Assembly: GCA_964247055.1 (NCBI GenBank) | Contig: OZ176057.1 | Span: 1,116,001-1,180,000, forward strand | Source of the DNA: Paragordius varius | Taxonomy: Eukaryota; Animalia; Nematomorpha | Direction: 5' to 3' | DNA: 64,000 bases | Shown here: piece after piece, positions 15,324 to 26,572 of the stretch | How positions within the stretch are numbered: position 1 is the first letter of the stretch | Layout of the letters: every line of letters starts with the position of its first letter | Program-made: the position numbers and the translations under genes | The notes under the pieces: generated by a model | Databases searched by the model: none | Seen by the model: the letters and a program-made list of their open reading frames with translations, nothing else | What the model was told of the DNA's origin: nothing

Positions 15324-18300
15324 CCATTTATTCAAATTCACCTTTAAACAATTCAAATCCCTTGAATAATTCGAATTCACCTTTAAACAATTCAAATTCA
15401 CCCTTGAACAATTTAAATTCACCCTTGAACAATTCATATTCACCCTTGAACAATTCAAATTCCCCCTTGAATAATTATAATGAAATTTCGGTCTAATATA
15501 ACTCAGCATTATAATTAAATATATTTTTATGGCAAAGTTTATTATTTTTTCAGTATTACTTTGATTACATAAAAAGTTTCTCCTTTTAGTATTATAAAAA
15601 ATATAGGTAATTTTTAATCTTAAAAAACACATAATTTATTTTAGGGTGAATTAGAATTGTTCGAAGGTGATTTGAATTGTAAATGGTATATATATATCTA
15701 TAATAAATTTAAAAATTTTTATTTTTAAATATTTATTGAAATATAAATATAGTATGAATTTTAATTGTTGATTATTTGACATACTATAGTAGAGGGCAAT
15801 GTGCAACACACAGTAATGTATGCAAAAAACCACACAAAAGGTTGAATATACAATTTTTTCCATAAAATAATTGTTGCAAATTGCCCTTTACTATAGTGTG
15901 AAATAAGCAACCATTAAAATGCATCTATATTAAAGGTGAAATTCCGTAAAAACGTGAAAAAAATTTAAAGAAAATTTTTTATGTTGGGCTTAGTTGAAAA
16001 AATAGCATTTAAAGCATTTTAAGGCGTATATATTCTTGAATATAATTTCAAAAAATTACTAAGATTATTAAAATAATAATATATCTTAGAACATATTTTT
16101 TTACAAAATAAACTAAACTAGTAAAAGTTGCAATAACCCTTGTAAAAATTATTAGCTTGTATTGTTTCAAACTAAGCTTTTTATTATAACTCTCGATTTT
16201 TTTGCTAATTTTTAAACGAATTTTTATCGTGGAAAAAACTTTAAAAGTTTAAAAATTTAAATTTTAATATTTAAACAGCCAGTAATTTTCATAAAATGTA
16301 TAAAAAAATTAAAAAATTTAAAAAAAATGCGCTACCTCATTTATAAAAAAGTGGATGGTATGTTTGTTGAGTTTCATTGACAATGTTTTGAGGAATGTTA
16401 TGTAATATCCCACAATCTATAGTCGATATTTATATAAATAAAATATAAATTTTAAAATAGGAATTTAAAGATTTTATGACATTTGAAAAAAAAACCAAAA
16501 ATACGATTGTCAATTCAATTTTCAGGGTCCGTATATCAGAAAGATTAATTGATTAAAATTTTTATTCAAAATCTTAAAATGTATGTTGAAAGTGTGACTT
16601 TTAATATAATTTGTCAATCAAAATCAATGCTTTTCAGTCAGAAGCAATATTTTTTTAGAGAAGACAACAATTTTTCAAGCAAACTAAAAATTTTTCAAGC
16701 AAACGCAACATTTCTTTAAGTAAAGACAACTATTTTTAAAGCAAACGGAACATTTTTTGTCAAGCAAACTTAATATCAAGCAATCCAACATTATTCCAAG
16801 CAAACGCAACATTTTTTCAAACAAACGCAACATTTTTCAAGAAAACTCGAAATTTTTCAAGCAAAATCAAAATTTTTCAAGCAAATTCAACATTTTTTCA
16901 AGCAAACGCAACATTTTTTTAAGCAAACGTAACATTTTTTTAAGCAAGGACAATTATATTTTTCAAGCAAACTTAATATCTTTTTAAGCAATCCAACATT
17001 TTTCCAAGCAAACGCAACAGTTTTTCAAGCAAACGTAACTAAAATATTGCGTTTGGTTTAAAAAAGTATTGCTTTTGTCCTAAAATTATATTAAATAACT
17101 TTAATATATTGGCTTTTTGTATTATAGGTTTAAAAAAATAGTTTATTTTCAATAAATAAGACCTTTCTTTAATTTTATATCATACGGCAATAATAATAAA
17201 GAAATAACATAAAAACTAAAAGACTAATAATTATTTATAACATACAAACATATCTTAACAACTAAATTAAATAAATACAGTATGAGTAAGTATACATTGC
17301 TAGAAAGTTATTAATTATTACCAAATGCAGCAAAGAGAATTATTATTGTCTAAAAAAATAGTAAAAAGTGAAAAAATAATTATAAGCCAATAATACTGCC
17401 CTTTTATTTAATAATCAATAACTTTTTAAAAATGTATACTTACTTACACATACTGTAATATTTGGTTTATTCAACTCTAATTTCACGATTGAAACATTTA
17501 GTTTGATCAAGGATGTCCAAAACACAAATGGCTTCGTTAACCGCCTTTTTAATTTCAAACTTTATATGATCATAAAAACCCTTTTTAAATATTTAATATA
17601 ATAACTTTTTATTAAACAATTATATTTGATTTTCAGCCAATTTTCTTTTGTTTTTAATAAATTGAAAAACCTGAAATATCTAAAAATTCTGATTGTGGAA
17701 ATCAAAAATTTTTTCAAATTAGGTTTTAGAAAACTGAAATTAGTCAAAATTCAAAAATTTACGGTAACACTTAAAAAAGTCCTAATTTTTCAATTAGTGA
17801 TATTAATTAGATTTCTGACATAGCATTCATTGTAAAATGCCACCATAATATAACAATTTTTTTAAGTTCTTGCTTAGAGAAACATTTTAGGAAATATCAA
17901 ATTGATTAAAATCTTGAGAGCAAGCATATTAAAATTTACGGATATCTTCAAATTTTGGCATAAAGTGAGTTAAACACCCGTGGTTTGATTAGAAAGATAA
18001 ATAAAAAAGGCAAAAATATGGCGTTGTTTTTACAAATAATACTTGCCCTTTAGATTTTAAAATTTGTAGATTTTGAAATATTTTTACTTTTTTTACTGGT
18101 TTAAATTAATAAAATACTCAAACTCAAAAAAATATATAAATTAATGTATTGAGTTGTTAACCTCTTCTTGAGTAAAATCAAAGGGATGCTGAATCAAAGC
18201 ATTTATATGATTGTTAGATAATAAGTAATATAGAGATGTTTCTGATCTAAAATTTATTAAAACATTCCAGATAACCTTAAATTCTCGAAAAGTATATTTA

Positions 18301-18646
18301 GGGTTTGTAAAATTTGAATACTAATTCTTTGATCCTGATTTCGACCATCTTGAGTGGCAAATGAGATAAAAAAATGCAAAATATTTTTTTCCAAGAAAAA
18401 ACTAAAGATGTTATATATTATACTCGAATATCTGGGGTTCGTTATTTTGGTCACCCCAAACCAATAATTCTGATATTAAACGCAATATTTCAATAACTAA
18501 TCCTTTATTTTCGTTTGTTAAATACTGATTATTCAATAGTGTCGTATATAATTGTCTAAAGATTTATAAAAGGTGATAATATACTTTAAATAATTCAAGG
18601 AAAATTGGGGTTCAGTTTTTACAGGGGTTTTAAGGGATTTAAACAT
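1129..18646 (-). CDS. CLEC16A: CLEC16A / ema / gop-1 homologue (FPL-domain endolysosomal/autophagy regulator); multi-exon, 3' end incomplete
   Basis: Exons (minus strand): 18646-18585, 18555-18424, 18401-18276, 18246-18162, 16416-16336, 15262-15157, 12796-12622 (alternative acceptor 12781), 8915-8751, 7491-7134, 6658-6133, 5401-5332, 4010-3904, 2444-2325, 1641-1501, 1209-1129. All are GT-AG and phase-compatible, 2335 nt in total. Translation includes [143 protein letters not shown]. This matches my recollection of the CLEC16A FPL domain. Later blocks ([29 protein letters not shown]) also align. The last exon ends in phase 1, so the gene continues. Confidence 0.93.
2445..3640. repeat. Degenerate ~75-bp AT-rich tandem array abutting a CLEC16A acceptor
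   Basis: aaaaaatggatattttatagaaatataggtaaaaaatatatataattaaattaaat repeated about 15 times. Confidence 0.85.
4093..4726. mobile_element. Foldback element with TACCATTT termini and a second 21-bp unit (ttgaacacttcaagttggtcc)
   Basis: Left arm taccattttcacttcaagagtgtctttaaacacttcaagttggtcc. The right arm has ~9 inverted 21-mers and ends aaaatggta. Confidence 0.8.
8945..9820. repeat. Expanded 21-bp minisatellite arm of a family C element (~40 units)
   Basis: Tandem caattcaaattcacccttgaa variants with blocks of variant units repeated. Confidence 0.95.
10408..10888. mobile_element. Foldback-type element family C (TACCATTTAC termini, arms of 21-bp repeats caattcaaattcacccttgaa); representative copy
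   Basis: About 20 copies, approximate coordinates: 520-752, 815-1066, 5795-6105, 6805-7080, 7690-7925, 8240-8560, 8945-9820, 10408-10888, 12240-12580, 12830-13105, 14397-14705, 15322-15692, 28085-28295, 28615-28905, 31399-31665, 34198-34612, 39168-39442, 40163-40440, 41796-42325, 42390-42850, 45732-46014. They share a ~200-bp core and are usually flanked by TA or (TA)n. Confidence 0.9.
13168..13335. mobile_element. Small hairpin MITE family G (cagtagagtatgg TIR) nested in a family D copy
   Basis: tacagtagagtatggagtaaaacaat ... attgttttatgccatacgctactgta, with TA on both sides, splitting the D element that begins at 13118. Related hairpins at 31663-31788 and 40963-41135, and a degenerate one at ~15745-15925. 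Confidence 0.75.
16625..17090. mobile_element. Foldback element family with 22-bp tandem units (tttttcaagcaaacgcaacatt)
   Basis: An array of ~18 units plus an inverted end. Other copies at ~5078-5283 and ~36770-37030 both end cttttga(c/t)tgaaaaatggtata. Confidence 0.8.
17278..17455. mobile_element. ~180-bp CAGTA-terminal MITE family F
   Basis: TIR cagtatgagtaagtatacattgctagaaagttatt with TA flanks. Copies at ~27535-27727, 30490-30682, 57418-57600, 58120-58297. Confidence 0.8.
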
Positions 18647-19568
18647 CTCATCAGCTGGGTCAGTATTTAAAACATATCACGGATGTTTTTATTTTATGAC
18701 GATCTGGCCCTGTCACGCTACGATATGATGTAGTCCCATTAATAATTATTATTCTAGTTTTAATTTTTGTGATAAATATAAGAAATGTAAAAAAAAAAAC
18801 GCCGTAACTCACTAAATATAATGTTTTTCCGCATTCTTTTACGGGATTAAGTATTGTACTTATACAAAATTGGTCGTATGTTAACACTTGGATGTAACAC
18901 ATTAATTTTAATCCTTCGATTCAAATTGGCGTAGTTAAAATACCTCAGACCTGTTTAAAATTAAAATGCTTAAAAAAATATGGAAGGAATCAAAACCATG
19001 GCAAAATTTTGCAATTTTATAACATTAATAAACCGAAATTATTCAAAAATACTTGATATTACTTATAACCTAAAACCGAAAGGTAAAAATTTAGTCAACG
19101 TGACATGCGTACAATGGTAAATTTGAAAAATAATACAAAATAAACAGCTTTTTCTATTTATATCAATGTCAGATGTAATTTAAATAAAAAAGCTCTAATT
19201 TTACCCTTAAAATTAAATGAAGACGATATGCAAAAATTTTGTAAAATAAAAATGGTGTTTAGTTTGTAGGGTTGTGCAATTGTTAAAAAAGGCTGGTCAG
19301 ACCCAGTCAGACCATAGTCATGACCGTGGTCGACCACTTTTTACTGAAAGTATCATGCATTGGATTGTCAAAATAATGTTCGCATTACACTTGCGTTTCA
19401 CTAATAATGTCATGTTTTTTTCTTAAAAGTTTGTATTATACATTTTTTTTCATATTTATTACAAATATTTTCAATCATATTCAATCAAGAAATTATTTTT
19501 AAATGAATTTTGCCACATGTTTGTGGCCTTCTGATTCGTTTTTGATGGATATTTTAATAAAATTCTAC

Positions 19569-21440
19569 CAGTGGCGTCCGAGCATTTACGGCGCCTGGGG
19601 TATAAAACTCTTATGGCGCCCCCCTCCTCTTTTTTGAAAGCTAATAAAAAAATTTAGTAAAAAGGAATACAAACGTTTCAACTTAAACACCATAGATAAG
19701 TACAACCAGCGATCTTTTTCCGATTGCATTTGAGCTTCTAGAGCATAATCGATTCCTGTATTTATCAATCTTCTTTCTTCTCCAGGTAGTAAATGCTTTC
19801 CGATGATTGAGGCTATTTTCATGATGGATTTATTTATCTTTTTTCGGCCATTTATTAAAACCATGCGTAGTTATCAAAGGTGATGGAATTAGTCGATCTA
19901 TAGGCATCAAAAACAATACGCAGATCTGTTTTTTGGTGAATATAAAAGCCAACACCTCTCAACTACAAATCCTTCTTTTTTAACCGACACGTGGATTAAA
20001 CGAAGATTGGGGCATTAAACGATAATTATTTGTTTCAAAGAGATTGCATTTATTTTGAAATCCTTGAAATCCACGAATAATCATTTCTGTGCGAAGTTGA
20101 TTACTGGAACATTAACATTAGTAAATTTTAAAAAGGCGACATCATAGAACACTATAGGGCGCTTGGAATTTGTAATAATATTTGTAGTTCTCTCAACTCT
20201 ATTTAGATCAATAACTAGGATTTTAAGCGTATATAAGTTATTATTATAAGGACTATCATTATATTTGTGTCGCATACACTTTTTTCAATGTTATGTTCAA
20301 TATTTCCGTTATATAAGATTTCATACTCATTCGCATTTTATTTGTTTTATTCTCTTCTTGGATTACTGGTTTCCTGTTTGTGTAACCGCTGAGTTTAGGC
20401 ATTGATATATGATGAAAATGAAAGTAATTATAAAAAATACAAGGCTATATAAATAATAAAACCTACCTTGTAAGAGATAAATGATCTTGGTAATAAATAA
20501 AATTGGGTTTTAAAATTGAATATGATTAAAATAGAGAGAGAAGAAAATAATTTAATTACAGACAATAAAAGAATTTACAATATGTGCGTGATAAAACGTT
20601 CTTAAACACTTCAATTCAAATTGGGTTACCTAATCCCAGACTATCCAGACTATATTTAAGTGATATTTATAAAAAATACTAAACAAAACGGTTCAAATTT
20701 TAATTTATGCTTCTATACTAATAAAAATTATATAAATAAGCCGAAATATCCAAATAAAGTTTAGATTTAAAAAAATTGGTTATCAAACTAGTTCGACGCC
20801 ACTTTTATTTTGCAACATTTTTACAAAGTATTGGGTTTATTTAATTTTAAAGATATTATATAAGCTAATTTTAATTTAAATCACATCTAACATTGATAGA
20901 AACAAAAAAGTGGTTTATTTTGTATTATTTTTTAATTTTGCTAATACACACATGTCATGTTGACTAAATTTTTAGCTTAAAGTTTTACCTTAAAATATGT
21001 TATATCAAGTATTTTTAAATATTTTTTTTATATGTCGGTTCATTGATGTTATAAAAGTTCGAACTTTTTGGTTTTCATTTTGATAGTTTAAGTAATTAAT
21101 TTTAAACAGGCCAGGGGTATCCAACTACCCCAATTTGAATCGAAGGACTGAAATGAATGTGTTGTTTCCAAGTGTTTACCGAAAAATAAAGTTTGCACAT
21201 GTTGAAGGGAATACCTACATGAAAGTTGTTTTTTGCATAATGTTTGCTCTTGGATCTCAATTATATATTATTATTTTAAGGATTATTACGTAAATTACTG
21301 AAAAATTACTTGAAAGTTATTATTATTATTATTATTTTCGAATAATATCAATTTAATGTAAAAGGATCATTTAGGCGCTCCTAAATAATGGCGCCCGGGG
21401 CATGATGCACCCCCTTGCCCCCCCCATCGGTACGCCACTG
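19569..21440. mobile_element. hAT element with CAGTGGCGT(A)CCGA TIRs, carrying the ZMYM1-like transposase relic
   Basis: cagtggcgtccga at 19569 and tcggtacgccactg ending at 21440. GC-rich subterminal GGCGCC motifs are present. The TSD is degenerate (aattctac / aatgctca). Confidence 0.75.
19690..20402 (-). pseudogene. 5' fragment of a hAT transposase (ZMYM1-like, TTF-type zinc finger); frameshifted and truncated
   Basis: ATG at 20402 begins MPKLSGYTNRK..SMKSYIT. Across frameshifts and stops it continues ERCWLLYSPKNRSAYCF*CL, THGFNKW, HENSLNHRKAFTTW, LINTGIDYALEAQMQSEKDRW. These are the typical ZnF_TTF and following helix motifs of this hAT lineage. It lies inside the TIR-bounded element at 19569-21440. 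Confidence 0.75.
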
Positions 21441-23809
21441 AATGCTCATGTTATATAATATATTTTTTAAAGGCATATCTTTTTTCAATAAATATATTAA
21501 AAAACAATATGATCTTACTATCTCTCTTCCAAAAAAAATTTACCAGCATTTTTCAAAAACAGTCGTTTTTTTCAATGACCATGGTCAAAAAATAAATAGA
21601 CACTTACCTGATCATGACCCGGTCAATTGACCGGGTCATGACTTGGTCAGCACAACCCTAGTAGTTTGACATAAAACATTATTTTCTAAACAAAATATAT
21701 TTAAATATTTTGGTTTATAAAATTTTAAATAAAAGTATAGTTTTAATTTGGGACCGTTTTCTTCACTAATATTTAAATATCCTTCTTAAATTAAGTCTGG
21801 GGTATTTAAATACCCTAACTTGTATCGAAGTGTTAATTTAAGAGTTCTGTTATTGGCAATTCTAAAGACCCCAAAATATACCTAAGTTTATGATACAAAT
21901 GATTTTGATCTTAAGTTATGGTTATTTGATAATAATTATATAAATAAGCCATAATATCTGAGATAAAATTAAATTTATATAAAAATTTTATATCAAACTA
22001 CTACGACGGCCTTTTTTTATTTACAAAATTTTCAAAAAAGATTGTGTTTTTTTGATTCCAACGCTAGAATTCAATTCTAATAAACTTAGATGTAAACAAA
22101 AAAAGTATTTTTGCATTATTTTTATATTTTAATGCACACATGTCATGTTACCTTAAGGTTATATATATATATAAAATGAGTCATAAGTTTTTTTAATGAT
22201 TTTTTTATTTCGGTGCATTGTTATATAAGGCGATTTTTGCTATGGTTGTTCCATATTTTAAGATACATTCTATTGGAATGACTGAAAGATAAAATTTTAT
22301 TTAGTCTCTAACATCATGAATTTTTGGATATTTCGTTAAATGGCCATTAGTTGAAAAATATCTTGGTGACAACGCAAAACGATTGAACGTTATTTAAGCC
22401 TAATGACAAAACTCGCGTATATTATTATAATAAAAAATTTTTGGTTTAAACTATATGCTTTCTAAAAAAATTCCTAAACATCATGCAAAATATTATAATT
22501 AAATTTTAACAGTTGGATGTGAGTTCCGAAAGTATCAAATTTTTTAATCGTCTAAGAGTATTACCCTAAAATGTACATAAAAATACAGTATTGCTAAAAT
22601 TTATATATTTGCTAATTTTTGGTAAACTGACACGTGCTTTCAAATATTATATACAAAATATCGTTAAAACGTTACTTATACTAAGCCATAATGGAAACGG
22701 TATAACACGTTTTAGGATATTTTGAAAAATAATTTCTATACCCAGTGTAAGAAACCGGGGCTCATGAAAAAATAATATGAAATAAATATAATCTGATAAG
22801 ATTTATCACGATTATCATGGCGCTTTTGGCTGTCTTACGAGTGCGATAAGAAAGTTATTTGCACTTTTGTGATTAGTGCTCCATATGTCAAAATTTGACC
22901 ATAAATGGCCAAACAATTTTTATGTTTAAATTTTAGATGGAGGTTTCCCAAATTTTACTCTTTCAAAACTAGCTATTTCTTTTAAAAATAACGCAAAAAT
23001 GCCGGACAAATTTTTACATAGCTAAATTTTGGCATTTAAAAAAATTTTAAAAATTTATACTTTTAGTTAATTGTAAGCGAAATAAGGTGTACTTCTTACT
23101 ATTTTTAGGCATGATGGAAACGTTATAAATACGCTTTTAAATATTTTCAAAAAACACTATATAATTTGATGGTGCTAATGATTTTTATCACTTCAGAATC
23201 CTAGTTTAGGAGTTCTCCTTTTCAAATATTGTTGTTAAATTTTTCTATAAAAACATAAGTTATATCATAAATTTAAGGACAAACGAATTAAATTATAGGG
23301 TGATAGAAATGGTCACCACATCAAGTTATATAGAAACATAAATCGTTTTATATCGTTTTCATCATGCCTAAAAAAAGGATGAACAGAATGTAAAAAAATT
23401 TTATTTAATTTAGCATATTTATAAAAAATTTGGCGCAATCGGCATTTTTGCATTTATTTTGAGAACTAGCCCGTTTTTGAAGATAAAATATTAACACCGT
23501 TGCACATTTAAAAATTATATTTTTTGGATATATTGTTTTGCTATAATATATTTTAGTGATATTTTTAGAATAAAGCATTTAGCTTTCATTAAAAAAATCA
23601 ATGCAAAAAATGTGCTTAAATGCCATTTTTTGATGTGAAGCATTTAACTTAAAAGTGTAAGTAACTTTCTTATATCACTTGTCTCTAAGCCAAAACCATG
23701 GGATTCTTGATACATTTTTTCGGATTTTTTCGGGAATATTTATATATATATATATATATATATATTTGTTTTTATAGCTCTATATCATGGCTTCTTGAAC
23801 TATAACTCG

Positions 23810-24306
23810 TGATCCTATATTGGATCGGGGAGCGAAATTCGAAAATATTTATTAAGATTATTCATTGCAAAATTTTTATTGCAAATACTATTGTAGATCA
23901 TTTAAAAGCGCTGGAAATTGAGTTTCGGACATATTTTAAATTAAATATATATTTACAAAAAATGTTTGAATTCAAACGTTTCGGATTGGCTTAAGGAAGA
24001 TTGTTCTTCTGCTATTTAAAGCTAGAAAAATGTGCTGTAGTTTCATGTGACTCAAACTTAAAACTACAAATCCAAAAAAAGACCTTCACTGAATTCTGGA
24101 TTGGAACTAAAACTAAATTGCCCATAATCACCGATATGACGTTAAATGAACTTCTGCCATTCAATACCACATAATTATGTGAATCACTTGAACACACATT
24201 AAATCCTAATATTGTTCAGCGATAAAAAATGTAAAAGTCTTACGTTCAGCAGTTACAAACATCACACTGTTTGTTATCCAATAAACAGGCACATCCATCT
24301 CATTAA
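23810..24306 (+). pseudogene. 3' fragment of a Buster-family hAT transposase (FAM200/ZBED8/SCAND3-like)
   Basis: Reads IVDHLKALEIEFRTYF..VSCDSNLKL..FTEFWIGTKTKLPIITDMTLNELLPFNTT*LCES..KQAHPSH*. The C-terminal KQAHPSH stop is characteristic of Buster transposases. Contains an in-frame stop and frameshifts. Confidence 0.85.
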
Positions 24307-25202
24307 ATTTTCAACATACACTTTGATTGTTCAAATTTTAATTAGATTTTTATATGTTTGAAAACGAATTTAAATTTTAATATTTTCCTATGCATATGTA
24401 TACTAATAAATATCTCATCAAAAAATATTATTTTTTTCTTTTTATATGTAGAGGTCGTTAAGAAACTCGCAATCATAAAGGAAGTTAAGAATTACAAAAT
24501 TTTTATCAATTCAGAATTTTAAATTAAAGGTTCATTTACTTTCATTTTGACACTTCGATAATTTGGGGTATCTTAATACCCCAGACCAAATCTAAGTCTG
24601 AAGAAAACGGTCCATTTAAATATATGCTTCAATTCTAATTAAAATATATATAATAATATGCTAGAATATATAAATAAACTTTGCTTTGAAAAAAAATACA
24701 TGTCAAACTACTTAGACTCCATTTTTATTTTACAAAATTTTTGCAATATATCGTTTTCTAAGGGTAAAGTTGAAAGTTTTATATTACATCTAACATTGAT
24801 AGAAATAGAAAAAGCGATTTATTTTGTTTTCTTTTAATTTTACCATTACACGTTGACTAAATTTTTACCTTCCGGTTTTAGCTTAAAATAAGTAAAATCA
24901 AGTATTTTTGAATTAATTTTTTATATACTTCAGTTTATTAATGTTATAAAAGTGCAATTTGCCATGGTTTCGATTCCTTACATATTTTTGATTTTATTTT
25001 AATCGGGCGAGGTATCCAACTACCCCAATTGGAATCGAAGGACTGAAGTAAATGTGTTGTATTCTGGTGTTAAACAATTTATATTTTAATATATTTGAAG
25101 ACAAAGAATGTTTGTAGATCCTGATATGATAGAAATATCCACAGAATCAAAATTGAGAAAATGTATATAAACACTAAAAAAATAACCTGTTAAATATACA
25201 TA

Positions 25203-26185
25203 TTCTGATAAGAAAACGTATTAGGATTATCATGGTGCTTTTTAGCTCTTACGAGTGATAAAAAAATTATTTACATTTTTGAAAGCGCTCTATATCAGAA
25301 TATATCATCAACTACCTATAGAGCCAAAATAGTTTTAAAGTTTTTATTTTTGGAAAAGGTAAAAAATTAAATTGCGCCTTTAAAATGGGTAACTCTTTAC
25401 TACAAACATTAAAATGCCAGAATCGAGCATGAAAAAATATATATTGTGATATCAGCCCATTTTTTAAGCTTTCAAAAAGTTAATTTTTAGCGAAATATCA
25501 TTAAAGCCTACTTCATACTAGTTTAAATCATGATGGATCCCGATAAAAACATTTTGTTATTAGAAAAGCACTTTTTTATGATTTGATAATGCTGAACATT
25601 TATACTTCAGATATTTAAATATTCGTTCGCCTTCAAATATGTCATTTATATATTGTGTTTTTTTAAATTTAAAATATTTGTAAACCAACTTGAAATTACT
25701 TCGGAAGAGATAATTATTATTATATTGTATAGAAAAAGTGTTTAATATCTAAAAGCGGCATGAACTACACTTCAAAAAATATTTATTTAAGATAAAATTT
25801 TAGAATGCATTTAATAATATATTTTATATGTGTTATATTAAAAATTTATATATCGCAATCCTGGCATTTTCCCCTATATTTTAAGTTAACTAGCCCATTT
25901 TAGACGAACAAAAAAAATTTCGGACTTTCGGAGCACACATTTATAAATAAAAATTTTCTTAAATAATAGTTTGCTATATATAGGTAGTTTATCATATATT
26001 TTAGTAATATTTTTTGGAATGAAAGATTTACCTTTAGTAAACAAAAATAATTATTTTTAATGTGCGCAATTTGGCCATTTAAATGTGGATCACCTACTAT
26101 AAAAGTGTAAATAGCTTTTTTGATTTTTTAAGGGCCACAACCAATATCATCACGAAAATCCTGCTAATTTTTCTATCAGGAATAT
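25203..26185. mobile_element. ~1-kb non-autonomous TIR element (atattc(c)tgatag ends), superfamily unassigned
   Basis: Imperfect TIRs containing gattatcatggtgcttt..tacgagtgata. Second full copy ~22790-23736. Partial copies ~47850-48470, 48960-49505 and 63540-64000. Confidence 0.65.
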
Positions 26186-26572
26186 ATTTTATTAGGGTAT
26201 TTTTTATACCACAGATTTTCGACGCAATGTATGGATCTGTTACTTTGAATTTTAAATAAGGAGAACCAAAACATATAAAAATTAAAAATTTTTCATCAGA
26301 ATATATTTTTTTACCAGGATATTGGGCACAACGTGTTATTTATGGAGTTAAATATTTGCTATTTATAAAAATAATATATTTTTTCCAAAATATAGGGTAT
26401 AGTGTACAAATAACATAAATGTTTAAAATTTGTATATAGTTATTTATTAGGTTATATAATGATAAATATAAACGTCGAACAAAAGTACCTGTATCCTACT
26501 TGATAAAATTCATATGTTATAAATTTTGAATTCCTAGTGCGCATTTATATAATCAGTGCATTTAATTTTCAA

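Larger units (their letters stand above)
19267..21660. mobile_element. hAT-type element with TAGGGTTGTGC TIRs and an 8-bp TSD (outer hAT of the nest)
   Basis: tagggttgtgc at 19267 and gcacaacccta ending at 21660. Flanks ttagtttg / gtagtttg match 7 of 8, and the empty site gtagtttg is seen in the intact host copy at 38578-39093. GGTCA/TGACC subterminal motifs occur at both ends. Confidence 0.85.

Noticed and set aside
16757-16987. ORFs with SKRNIF repeats (also 4970-5269, 36704-36895)
   Set aside because: Translations of the 22-bp foldback array.
18660-18897. Relatively GC-rich stretch upstream of CLEC16A as an ncRNA or small ORF
   Set aside because: No recognisable RNA family motif or convincing ORF; most simply the promoter/5' UTR.
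25108-26500. Alternative upstream septin exons (MFVDPDMIE.. near 25108; 26451-26484)
   Set aside because: They could not be joined in phase to exon 26648. ATG 26573 with a 57-nt intron gives a simpler model resembling the short first exon of SEPT6-group genes.
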